DNA of 63,932 nucleotides, counting the filler, from Collodictyon triciliatum (taxonomy: Eukaryota): NCBI GenBank assembly GCA_043381765.1. It is 9 parts of 9 records of this genome, joined end to end, with 100 filler letters (N's around TTAATTAATTAA, not from the genome) between each part and the next. Parts side by side here need not be neighbours in the genome. Positions count along the whole stretch, not along the records: positions 24,286 to 32,279 come from JBHJMP010003638.1; positions 32,380 to 40,368 come from JBHJMP010003639.1; 7 more parts are not named here. The stretch is one strand, 5' to 3'. Positions 27,098-38,580 of this stretch are shown here, in pieces. The notes beneath the pieces were generated by a model that did not search any database, was not told the DNA's origin, and saw only the letters and a program-made list of their open reading frames with translations. The position numbers and the translations under genes were made by a program. Numbering within the stretch: position 1 is the stretch's first letter; every line of letters begins with the position of its first letter.

Positions 27098-29880
27098 ACA
27101 TGCACGATCAATGTAATGGTCACATCAATAAATCATAACAACTTTTATTTCGTTTTTCTTTTATTCAATTCAAAGAAGCATACCAACTTGTTAAAATAAC
27201 ATTCTCATCATGCACAGCACTGTTCGGTTCATCATCGATGAGCAGCCATATTCACAAGTGCTCTTGAAATGCCGAAAGGATGACTCATGGAAAATCGCGT
27301 TCAAAAATCACCCCTTGGATGGAAAGTACAGTCGCAATACTTGAGATTTTTTTCTCCCTAGATTGAAGATTTAAACTGAATCCCCAAATCGTCCCCAAAA
27401 AATAATATATTCACAAATATCTTGGGATAGATACTCACTGAAATTGTTGCGCGGAGCCAATCAACACATAACTGGTGTTGGTAATCTGAAGATTTTTGTC
27501 ACTTGTGACAATAAAACGATATCGGTACGTCTTTTCTTCCCCTTTAATCTTTCCTCGCAAAGAATATATTCGCTTCCAACTGCTTCCTTTTCTGTTCATC
27601 ATAAACGAAGAATTAACATGGCCTCACAGAGCCTGGAACAAAATTGTGTTATTTGCTGGCAAGGGCGATGGGGGATGCAACCTGACAGTCAGACAATCAC
27701 GGTTGATGTCGATAACATCACAATCAGAGAGCAAAAGGTGACAAATTCAAGAACCATGAATCATGATGATGTTTTTATTTTAAAAAAAAACGAAGAAATA
27801 ACCAAGAAATAACCAAGAAATAACCAAGAAATAACCAAGAAATAACCAAGAAATAACCAAGAAATAACCAAGAAATAACCAAGAAATAACCAAGAAATAA
27901 CCAAGAATAGCGGTAGAAACAACAAATTATCACATAGCAAGCAAGTGAATCAGTGCAGACATAGTGAGACTGATACTAAAGTCAAAATTACATTTACTTA
28001 CAGGTTCGGAAAATCTGCATGCATTTCTGTGTTGAGGTAGTTGTGGAGGGGAAACGAATCCAGATCTTGAGTGACCCATCAAATCCCATGCTCCTCATCA
28101 CACATTCATCGCAATGGCCCGATGCCTTCCGTGACATTGTGATTGAAGAGTCTTTTGTGCACAAGGTGCTTGCCCATTATTCTACCGCCTTGTTGATTAT
28201 TATCGAATACAAACTACGCAGTACTTGTGTGCTACATCAAGATATCCGCTGACATTGATAATTTACATTCGATTAATTCAACAAAGGATGTCATCACATT
28301 CGAAACCTTGGCCAATGTCATCACGAGACATTTTCTTCATTCACTTTCTACATATGAAGATGCACCTGATCGCCCCATCACTCGAGAGGAGCTGGACTTT
28401 ATCCACATCCGAAAGTTTGGTGAGAGGAGCCCTTCATATCATTCTGCTATCCAAAGCAAACAGAAATATCAATTTTGATTTTTTTTTTTTTAATGTATCC
28501 ACACCTAATAACGACAAATATATACTTACCAACACCAGATGGGAAATCCACAATCGGGCGTGAGAAATTCCTCAGCTTTTGGATTTACTTTGGCGCGTTA
28601 ATGTCAACACTAAGGAAGGAGCGCATCAGAAAATTATGGGCAGAAGGGTAAGGATATATTTAGAGTTTGAGAAGAACCCTATGTACAAAACCGCCCTGTA
28701 TGATAATCATCTTCATCTCCATTTACATAACAACCACTCAGTTCAATTTATTCTGATTATTTAACCTATTCTCTAAACTGTTTTCATTCTTTAAAAAGGT
28801 TAATATTCGCCTTTGCTGATACGGCATATGCTACTGATATGTTGATGCTTATGGAACACGGGACTGCCATGGTGCGCCTGTCAATATCGAAACCCGGGGC
28901 CCTTGTGATATCAATTCGTCGGCCAGATAATGTGGTTCACATTATGATTCACCCAGTAAGTATAACCTTTCTCCTCTACAGACATACTCCTATCACTTCA
29001 ACATAGGAACAAAGGCTGCACTATCCCACTATGTCTTTATCATATTTTCATATTTTGATGCTGCAAGAGAGTAATTATGACACGAAAAAAAAATCATCCG
29101 ATTGGGGGCTCTAATTTGTATGCGCCTCAAACTCATGTTATTGAACTCTCCTCAAAGGACAAACTTGGATACCGAAAGGACATTTTCGAAGTTATCCGCA
29201 GCTATGAATTTACTCGCTTGCTGATAAACTGCCGGCCTTCTCACTTTGCCATCCGACGAGAATTTTTGACCTCCAGATTTGCTAACATCCAAGGAACCCA
29301 AGACCCATCCGACCACCACCACCACCACCACCACTTACGCCCGACTGATGATTTCAGTGCGAGCCCCATAAGGAAGAAAGATGTTTCCAATCGCTCGCGA
29401 GGGAAATCATCCCGCTCGTATTCAGGTGTGCTATTCCCAGCATGAAGTATTACGTTGTCCTTCGTCATATCTTATTTTAACTCCTGTACAATGCCATTTT
29501 TATTATTATTTTCTTAGCTTATTGCCTTTGATTTAAAAAAGGGATGTATTTTGATAAGCTTATTAATTACAATTTATACCTTTTTGCAAGCGTGATTACC
29601 ACGAGTATTGTGCCCCACTCTCGTTTTTTCTTTTTGTCAGTTTTTGAACATGTGTGCGACAGTTGGCTCATCCACAAATCACAAATGACACGACGAGTAC
29701 ATTCATGACCTTATCTGACATCACTTAGGCGACGAGAATGACGAATCTGTTCGCGCAAACGACGACAGCCACTTCTGGGGAGACAAGGACGTCATCGACT
29801 CTGTCAAATTGGACGGTGCCATGCACTCTCGCGTTGTATCGCAGGGATACATTTTCTTCTCCGAGTTTGTGAACCAGTAG
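24426..29880 (+). CDS. Putative protein kinase (TK/TKL-like)-STAT fusion: kinase, coiled coil, STAT DNA-binding domain, linker/EF, SH2, C-terminal GY; 5' partial
   Basis: 16 phase-compatible GT-AG exons: 24426-24665, 24773-24837, 24933-25028, 25214-25451, 25786-25920, 26000-26062, 26248-26918, 27218-27325, 27431-27524, 27630-27737, 28004-28165, 28287-28419, 28539-28647, 28799-28955, 29158-29425, 29729-29880. Kinase motifs YCLK, HGDIRPEN, DFG, RYSAPE, SDIYSYG, CW..RP. STAT motifs EQPY, LLRGA, SNPMLLITHSSQW, RHFL..RP, FWIYFG, LWAEGLI, MVRLS, QGYI. Confidence 0.78.
25467..25564. repeat. (TTA)n intronic microsatellite
   Basis: Seen directly. Confidence 0.95.
27796..27906 (+). repeat. 11-bp minisatellite (AAATAACCAAG)n in a STAT intron
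   Basis: About 10 perfect head-to-tail copies, no spacers. Confidence 0.9.
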
Positions 29881-30777
29881 TTCGGGTGCCATATCTCCAC
29901 CCCTTATACTTGTTCTCTTACCCTCATCTCGACCGCCTGAAGAAACTGATTATTTTTTTCTTCACCCGTGATTCCTTATCCCACACCCCTGTACGACCCT
30001 GGCCAAATGCGTCTTCAGAAACAAACATACTTCAACTCTATAGTCCGCCTACCGTCTTTTCTCCTTACTGAAAACAAAAATCGATAGCCACCAAAATAAA
30101 ACCTGAAAGAAAATCCCGGGTGCATCGGCAACACGTCGACTCCAAGCGCCAGCCGCAGCGTTTCTTTTCATTCTACCTTCTCCCTCGAAACCACTAACAC
30201 AAGAACGCAGTATGTCGGCAAAGCGAGACAGAAAGCCGAAGATGCAAGGGAATGGGATATCGCACTGCTGATTCCAGAAAGTCTCAGAATGTTCCGCACT
30301 TTTCCAGATATAAATATTACACATCTCATATTAATATTCTTGGAATACATATCTAAATTTTCCCATGTGAAGTTGCATATATATAGAAAACCACCTATTT
30401 CAACATGAGCCCCCTACAAATAGCGCGAGCTTCACAAATGGGTCTATTTAATCCGCCTCGTCTGGGCTTGGACTCCTTGGCTCTTGTATTCAGCCTCTCA
30501 ATCATGTGCAAGAAAACATTCGCATTCAACAGCAACACCGGAGAACCCAAGCAGCAGACGGACCCAATCCGAGGATAACAATGCGACGCCAACCCAAGTG
30601 ACGGGAACTAGCCATGCAGCCCGGCATTCAAAGGCGGAGGATTCGATGCAAATCGGCTCGATTTTAAAGGAGAGACTCACTTGACCATCCCCTGAGCAAA
30701 CAGATGCACACCAGATGAACAGAGAAACAGAGAGAGCCCACTCCACCTTCAGAAACATGATCGAGCGGGTGATCCGT

Positions 30778-30821
30778 CACCTGTCACCCACCTGTCACTC
30801 ACCTGTCACTCACCTGTCACA
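30778..30821 (+). promoter_or_regulatory. 4 x 11-bp tandem CACCTGTCAC(C/T/A) motif just upstream of the secreted-protein ATG
   Basis: Repeat seen directly; regulatory role is inference. Confidence 0.35.
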
Positions 30822-30830
30822 CAGAACCCC

Positions 30831-31298
30831 ATGGCCCGCTCCCAAAGCCTCCTCGCCCTCGCGGTTGTCGTGCTCGTGTGCGCGGCAGCGTCTGCACAGG
30901 CCTGCAAGCTGACGCACTCGCAGGCACTGTCGAAGCTGCAGGCCAACGGCCTGACGGTCTCGTCGAGCGGCAACTGCTCGGACCGCAACAACCCCAAGTG
31001 CACGTCACTGGAGCAGATCAACTGCGCCACCATCGACGGCATCATCCGCTTCAAGACGCAGTCCGGCTGCTCCACAAACGTCACGGGCGGCACTGAGACG
31101 GGCCACTCGTCCGGCACCTACTCGCACTGGAACGGCTACAAGGTTGACATCAGCCTCTCCACCTGCAACCAGAACTACATCCCCGCCACTTACACCTTCA
31201 TCGGCTACCGCGGAGACGGCGCTGCCCAGTACCAGAGCTCCAACGGCAACATCTACGCCAAGGAGGGTAACCACTGGGACATCCTTTACTACAACTAA
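30831..31298 (+). CDS. Secreted 155-aa bacterial-type protein, putative zinc peptidase of the M15/LAS-like (D-Ala-D-Ala peptidase/Hedgehog-N) fold
   Basis: Signal peptide MARSQSLLALAVVVLVCAAASA; intronless, high GC3; motifs TGGTETGH, SHWNGYKVD (H-x6-D) and NHWD; resembles small secreted actinobacterial proteins from recollection. Confidence 0.8.
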   Translation: MARSQSLLALAVVVLVCAAASAQACKLTHSQALSKLQANGLTVSSSGNCSDRNNPKCTSLEQINCATIDGIIRFKTQSGCSTNVTGGTETGHSSGTYSHWNGYKVDISLSTCNQNYIPATYTFIGYRGDGAAQYQSSNGNIYAKEGNHWDILYYN

Positions 31299-31538
31299 GC
31301 CCTCGCCCGTCTGTCTTGCAGACCCCTAGTTGTGCACATAAAGCCACCGCCTCAGTCGCCTCCACCAACTCACCTCGCTGACGTGATTACCCTTCCCACG
31401 CTCATGTTGTGTCTTGTTTAGTCTTGTCACAACATGCTGCGATGTATTCAAACGGAGTCGAAGCGTGGGAACGAAAATCGCATGTAGCCGATTTTAGATT
31501 TTATGTACACTTAACTGACTCGTTGCATCCAAGAAGTA

Positions 31539-31611
31539 GCTCGCATAGCTTAGTTGGTAGAGCGTGGTGCTAATAACGCCAAGGTCGTAGGTTCGATCCC
31601 TGCTGTGAGCA
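31539..31611 (+). tRNA. tRNA-Ile(AAT)
   Basis: 73 nt; acceptor GCTCGCA/TGTGAGC, D-loop TAGTTGGTA, anticodon loop CT-AAT-AA, T-loop GTTCGATC, downstream T-run. Confidence 0.97.
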
Positions 31612-31869
31612 ACTATCACTTATTTTTATGTGTTACAATGCGCGGAGGCCACAACATGCTCTGTTTTCATTTTGCTTATAATTTCTCCATTTCTTTTGCA
31701 AATACTTTTTTCATTGTCTCGCAAGCACGCGAGTGTGGAATCACAGTCCCTTTGGCGCGGCCCCTCTTCCAATCCCTTCACTTCTTCGGCTCTGGTATCG
31801 CCGATAGTGAAGCTATAGCAATTCTTTATTATTTTATTTTATATTTTTCCAACTAGAGGCACTTTTGAA

Positions 31870-32164
31870 ATGGCGATGCCGATGACTGTTGGGCTGGAGT
31901 TTGGTGCTGTGGCCGATCTGGAGCAGGTTTTTATTCCTACTCTGTAATAAGTTTATTTTTTTATTTTTATTTTTATTTTTTTCGGTTCTTTTCCGTTACT
32001 TAATAGGAACGCACAGACGAAACAATTCATGCAAATGTTTTGAAGTCTTGCGATAACTTTGCTCGTCTATCTTTCCTACCTTGATTCAGACGGTGCGAGA
32101 GTCGATTCCTGCTTACGAGTTTGTCTGTGTTCCTTTGATTCATCCGCGCTACAAACGCAATCTG
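31870..32164 (+). CDS. PRMT5: PRMT5 (SKB1/HSL7) first two exons, 3' partial
   Basis: MAMPMTVGLEFGAVADLEQ|TVRESIPAYEFVCVPLIHPRYKRNL matches the PRMT5 N-terminal motif (FDFLCMPVFHPRFKR). Confidence 0.75.
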
Positions 32165-32244
32165 GTTTGTCACTAGAATACAAATAAGACTCATTATTAG
32201 TTCTATCTCATTTTCATATAATAGTCAGTTCTGCATAGAGACAC

Positions 32245-32279
<35 letters not shown>

Positions 32280-32454
32280 NNNNNNNNNNNNNNNNNNNNN
32301 NNNNNNNNNNNNNNNNNNNNNNNTTAATTAATTAANNNNNNNNNNNNNNNNNNNNNNNNNNNNNNNNNNNNNNNNNNNNGTGGGCTGTAAAATAAAAATT
32401 GAACTGCTCAACTCAGATGCTTATTCAAATAGATGCAGCACATGTTTTGCGGGA

Positions 32455-32554
<100 letters not shown>

Positions 32555-32587
32555 GGATATAGGAATGCCAAGACAAACAGATGCAAC

Positions 32588-35355
32588 CACTGGACTGCTG
32601 GAGGCCTCTTCAACTCTAAATAAGATGAATAAGAGTAATTTTTATGTTTATTAAAAGTATTTAGAACTGTTATCATACAGAGCACCATATTCCTCCAAAT
32701 GTTGAATGTCAGGCTTCGAACAGAATGAGAAAACGTACCTCCTCTTCTTATACTTCAAATCCTTAACGGCAGGGAGTCTGGTAAAAATAAAAAAAAATTA
32801 AAACGGCTTTTAAAAAAAAATGATACTAACATAATGGGTTGTAATACATTCAACCAGAATGTGTTTTGCATCTAATTTCCGATCCACCCGAGCATATAAT
32901 CGAACAAAATTACTTGATTCCTTTCTCGGTTCCAAGAAGATACGGATCTATATTTTTACGACTACGCAGTTGCAGTTTTCGATTCTCTGCAAGATCCTTT
33001 CATAATAGGAGACGATGAGAGGGAGAGGCTGTGCTCGCAGATTACAACATATGCTCTAAAGATGGGATTCATCAACAAGATTGGATACTCACCACAAGAA
33101 AATCATAAGTTACAATTGGAATCTTTTGCTTGAGTGCAAGCTTTGTCTGGTCCGACTTTGATCGCTTCTTAACCTCTTCTTCGATAGTGACAAAGTGCGA
33201 GGTGGTTGGGTCGACTCTATTTGATTACATATATGATTAGACACATTTCAATAAGTATTATGACGAGATTAGAGCTGCGTTAAGTGATTTGTGCATAAAG
33301 AAAAAAATTATCAAACGCACTTTGATTGAAAAGTTCCGCCGTGTGCTTCCACAAATTCCTGAATCTTAGCTCTTGTATACGGCAACTTACCCAGGAATGC
33401 AAATGAGAGACCAAGGAGCTCTTCGCCAGCTGGAACATCCTCCTTATAGATGGTTGGATATTTAGTTATTAAAATATAGTATGTGATTGTAAGAGGTAGA
33501 AAGAGAAGCTGTTCAACATGGTCATATCAGTAAATCTGCATAAGATTGGGTCATATGAGTGACTCACATCCTTTTCTTCGTCGCTCGGTGCATCAGGATC
33601 AAAATCCTAACATAGATGCAAAAGAAATATCTTTACAAAGGAATATTTGTTACATGCAGTGTTTTTGTTATTTTTGATTTTTATTGTGACGATTATTAAT
33701 ATTCCTTTCAATTTGTCCGTAATGGAAGGAAATTGGTAAAAGATATTGTCCATAACTACATCCGAGTTGCATGTAATATGTAATTAATTTTCAGTATACC
33801 AATGTACGCACATCTTACCAGAGACGGTTGCGATTCTCCATCAACGGGTGGGGTTTTCCCCTCTGCAGACTCTGCAGCAGAGGCATCTGGAGTGGAAGCA
33901 GATGCAGATGCAGATGTGGGTGCTCCTCCATCGCCATCTTTGGATACAGATGATAGCGATGGCAACTTCCCGTAAGGAGGTTTCCATGTGCTTAGAAAAG
34001 CATGTCTATTCAAAGATTCTGGAATCGTCCACCTTTTTTAAAGGAAAAATGTACGAGGAATATTTAAAAAAAATTCTTCAGTTGCGAAAAGTAAATTTAA
34101 TAATGCAAAACATAAATTATTTTTTATGATTAAGTAGATTATTATAGAACAGAGTGATGTGGGATTACTGAAATCTCTTTGGTGGTTCCTTTGATTCGTA
34201 ATGGCAACGGACAGCTGGAGAATACCAACCGTAGCAGACGCAAACATCTCCCTATTGATATTTTGAAATAAGTATGGTGACCAAAAATATAGCTGTAAAA
34301 AAAAAAAATTCTCATTTTCTGCGTTTACATTACTATATTTAAATTGTGGCATGAGATTTGAAAAACATTCCTTAATTCGATATAAAAACGAACCTCCCAT
34401 GAAAGCGTGAGGTTTTTGCAATATGGGCAAGGTTCAGTGTTGCCGAAAGCCATGCCCTCTGCACATACATCTAGGATGTCTGGTGGTTTCATGGAATCTT
34501 GATAACGATTATTGGCCTCAACAAGGAGCTTGATTGTCTTTTTGTCCAAGTTTTTTTCAATAATGTTTCGTGTCTCCCATAAGCGGTCCACATATGCTCT
34601 CCTTTCCTTTATGTTCATTCTGATTGAGTCACGATTGTAAAATTTCTAAACGTTAAAACATGTGTATATGGGGAAATGGGTACTATGGCTTTTCTCTTGT
34701 TTTTGTTTTTTGTTTTTTTGGTTTGTTTTTTCGCTAAAATTGGCTTTAGCTTTACCTTGATGCCTGGATCAGTGTCATTTGGCGCAGGCAGTCCCACTTT
34801 GAAGTAAATCTTGAGCTATGGTTTCAAAAAAATAGTTGAAATAGTAACCGTTAAAAAAAAAAGAGACTACAGATGAAAGTGAGCACTTTCTTTAGATAAC
34901 CCAGAAAGTTTACATCTGTAGTAAACTATTATTGCTGTGTTAGTTTGTATATCTGCCTATATGTTAAGAAGCTCCAAACCTGGTCGTCCCAGCGCAAGGT
35001 CTTCCAATATCGTAACTCATCCAGGTTTGTAAGGAAGTAAGCACAGCGCAGGTGATGGTTGTTCTGGACAAAGCCGTCGTGGTACGGAGAGCGCTCATAC
35101 TGAGTTATCCGGACAGTATTTTCCCTTCATGGAGTGAAAACAAAAGTTATTGCCTCACAGGGAAATGGCACATCTTACTCTTTGTGTTTCTTTAGATAAT
35201 CGAAAGTAGAAGAAAAAAAAAGTGAGGGAAAAAAAAAAAAGAAAGAGGAAGTTGACGGGAAAAAAAAACTGTGTCTACGGGATTGATTTTCCGCAGTGCT
35301 TGCACGATGCTCGACTTGTAGGCGCATACGAGGCCTTCGGCTTTGGGATGGACAT
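32588..35355 (-). CDS. PARP1-like protein 5' half: PARP zinc finger, PADR1/Zn3 and BRCT; 3' partial
   Basis: ATG 35355; YAPTSRASCKHCGKSIP, SPYHDG...HHLRC...LRWDDQ, DVCAEGMAFGNTEPCPYC, FAFLGKLPYTRAKIQEFVEAHGG. Confidence 0.85.
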
Positions 35356-38127
35356 TTCGAGCTGCTCTTATCTGCTACAGACACTGTGGTTCAGCAAAGC
35401 ATTGCCTTGAGGAAATTGTTGGTCTTCGTGCTCTCTTTCAGGAAATATACAAGCTGATCCGGCCCAACGGACTGGCCGTACCATCGGCTGCATTTGACTT
35501 GCCACTCAAACAGTTAATACCCTGCTCCGTGGCAGCACTCACAAAGACCCGCGGGGAAATAAAAATCCCTCAACCCCGACAACCCCCACCACGCCACAAA
35601 GCCTATCATAAAGCCAAGCCTTTCGCCGAATTTACAGTGAAAGTGTGCCTCGCTCTTCCTGCGGTTGTCACAGGAGATTCCGCAATAGGTTGGCTTCTTT
35701 CAAACATCCAAACATCCAAACATTTAAAATCGACCTGGTGGTATGCCTTGGTGTAAGTTGCTGTATTTTCACTAATTATGTCAAATATATGTATATCTGC
35801 ATCACATTATTTTATTAATAATCATTTAAAATCAATATTTCACATATAAAATGTATTTTATATTAATTTCCGCATATAGAAATATGATCACTTTCGTTTT
35901 CCTTTCCCTTGTGATCAGATCACAAAACGACGCCGTGAACCCATGGTGGGAGAATAAGTTGGAGGAGGGTGTTGTGGACGGAAAAAACGCGGCAACAGAC
36001 GCACAGACTAAAAGACGCCAAGGACTCTGCCGAATAGCATGAGCGTTGGACTGGGGCGCTCTTTGGGGTTGGGATTCACGGGGACTCCCACAAAGCTCCG
36101 CGAAAACGCTGCTTCCAATGTGCAAGGCAGCCCGCAGATCGGAGCGCAGACCCACGCACACGCAGATAAAAGCACGTATGCTTCGCACCTCCTCCAAACC
36201 ATGTTGCTAGTAGTGGAGCCATATTGAAGAATATTTCTTGTTGGCTCATTTGAAGTACAACTCTGCGGGTGATGTTTCTGTCCCTATTTTATACTCCCCA
36301 ATCCCCTTTTGTCGATGCAGAGAGAGAAAGTAAGAGAAGTTGTATCAGAAGGTGTCATCACCACCGCCGTGAGTAACATCTTCATGGTTCTTGCTTAGGA
36401 ATCGTGGCTTTCGCATTGTGGACGAAACTTTCCGTGATTCCTTTAACTTGCAGAGTCCATATCTGTTTTCCCCCTTGCCGCATCAGGCCTACCAGAGAGG
36501 GCCTTTGGTTGGATTTACATACACAGTTGTCCCCGTTTAACGATGCTAGATTAACCCTGAATTTCTTTCTTCTTCTTTTGCTTCTTCCTTCAAGTAGATA
36601 AATTCCGAGCAACCACACGAGTCATCAGAGAAAGAGAGCTTTGATACTTTCAAGAAGGTGGCAAACCACATATTTTTCTTCCCTTTCATACTCTTTATAT
36701 TTTTTTTTCGTATCACTTTAGATCAATATACTAATTTCCTTTTAAAATTCGATTCACATTAGGATATGGAAAAAAAGTTATCATATCAAGATAGGAACGT
36801 ACTCTCCATTGAATGTGCATACACTAATGATGGGTCTCTTCTTTCTTTCTTTTCTTTATATACAGAAGCATGTAAATCGTATCTAGTTAATAAAATGTTT
36901 CCTTTTTTCTTCTGTATTTTTCCTTTTGCGCATTGTTCCCTCCGAATTCCTTGCAAACTAACTTTTTTTTTTTTCCCTACGGGTATATTTTTGCTTAGGT
37001 GCTCAGATGATGGGAGGAATAGATACGGCCACCATCCGATACTATTACTGTCCAGCCGCTCTGCTCCACTTGCCAGTCACCGCTCTGGAAACATGATTAT
37101 AACTCACCGCTCCACGGCTGGCCAGTCAGCCAGATCGGTGCCGAGCACAAATACCCATGATTAACAAAATAAGTTGGATTTTCCAAATACAAGTACCGCC
37201 ATGGCAACGTAGAAAAGAAAAATGTGGCTACGAATTTTTTTTCTGATGTAGACAAAAGATGGCTCCATGTTAATCTTCTTGTAAATAAAGTGCACAAAAA
37301 AAGAAAAGGAAAAGGAAAGGAAATCGACGATATCATTCTATACATACCAATAAAAGCAGATACTATTCAAGCACTCGAGAAGGGAAGAAATCAGAATAAC
37401 CCTTCACGACACAGGAGCAGGCTGGTGAGTGCACAATCCACATGGTTAAGATTATATGCCCTCTACTTACCACAAAGTAGATACACGGGTCTTGAATAAC
37501 GCGCCTCGGTGGGTCGAATATTTCTTGGTTATTTGGTGGCACATGAGCAATTTTCCCTAATGATTTTATCGCGTGGGTGGTCGCCTTCTGCGATTCAAAG
37601 GAGAGCACCGCCGATTTTTGTTAAAACTGACTACATGTGCGGTTGTTTGCTAAGACCATACCCTTCTAAAAAGCAAATAACAAAAGGTTCTTCATCATGG
37701 GACCAGACACGCACGTCAATTCATGGTTGTTGTTTATCCTCCATCCTTTCTTCCAACCATTTTACAAGACAACCCGCTACAAAATCGTAAGAGAGTGGGG
37801 CAGAGGCACACCCTTGATAAACTGTTCCATACCTTTGTTTCGGATATGAATATTTGTGTTCCACAGGAAAACAAACCACGCCATTATGATTTTTTTTTCT
37901 TTTTATTCACGACAGACTTAGCTGTTGGCGCCCATGCCAACAATCTTTTTTTCAACCACCAAGCAAGTATTCCGAGGTAAAAAAGGGAAAGTGATGGCGG
38001 ATGTGCCATCAGAGGAGTATAGAGATGGGGAAAAGATAAAGGAGAGAAAAGAGGATGAAGAGGAGTAGGAAAGGAAGTAAAGACCCTGGGGCATTTATGG
38101 AATCAAGATACCAGATAGAACAATCCC

Positions 38128-38572
38128 AGATTTTATGAACACGTAACTTTTCGAAAGATGAGATGGAGACAGTATGTTAATACAAAAGGAAGTGAAGAAT
38201 TGTTTATGGGCCGAATCGAAAAGACATTTGGTGAGGATGCTGTACTTGCGTATGGAGACTGGAGCAGAAGATGTCAGATGAAGCATTTTATGCCGTCAAT
38301 CGGAAGAGGGTTACGAAAAATAGTACCCAAACATTTTGAACCGGTTAGTGCAGATGTATTTAGAACCTCCAAGATGTGCTGTAACTGCGAAAAAGAACTG
38401 GAATATATGAAACTGAAAGGAAATACAAAAAATATATAGATGTATCATATGTAAAGAATGAAATCGCTCAAAAAGCAAACAAAGTGTATTCTTGACAAGG
38501 GACTTTAGCAGCACTAATAATATACTCAAGAAAGTTATTTTAATCCTTCAAAATATGCATACAACTCGCTAA
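38128..38572 (+). pseudogene. Decayed Fanzor (eukaryotic TnpB-family RuvC nuclease), C-terminal fragment
   Basis: FYEHVTFRKMRWRQYV...FGEDAVLAYGDWSRRCQMKHFMPSIGRGLRK...DVFRTSKMCCNC, +1 frameshift near 38430, then YRCIICKE*NRSKSKQSVFLTRDFSSTNNIL. Fanzor1-type YG(D/N)WS, DEFxTS-CxxC, CxxC and TRDxNSAxNI motifs; the conserved E of DEFxTS is V and TGA replaces the last Cys. Confidence 0.85.
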
Positions 38573-38580
38573 AAAAAACA

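Noticed and set aside
27796-27906. CRISPR-like array
   Set aside because: Head-to-tail 11-mers without spacers in a eukaryotic intron; no cas genes
35939-37164. Possible small spliced plus-strand gene
   Set aside because: Exon-like pieces exist, but I could not build a consistent or recognisable product
38459-38461. TGA at a conserved Cys as selenocysteine or a variant genetic code
   Set aside because: The same relic has a frameshift and a lost conserved acidic residue; other genes use TGA, TAA and TAG as ordinary stops
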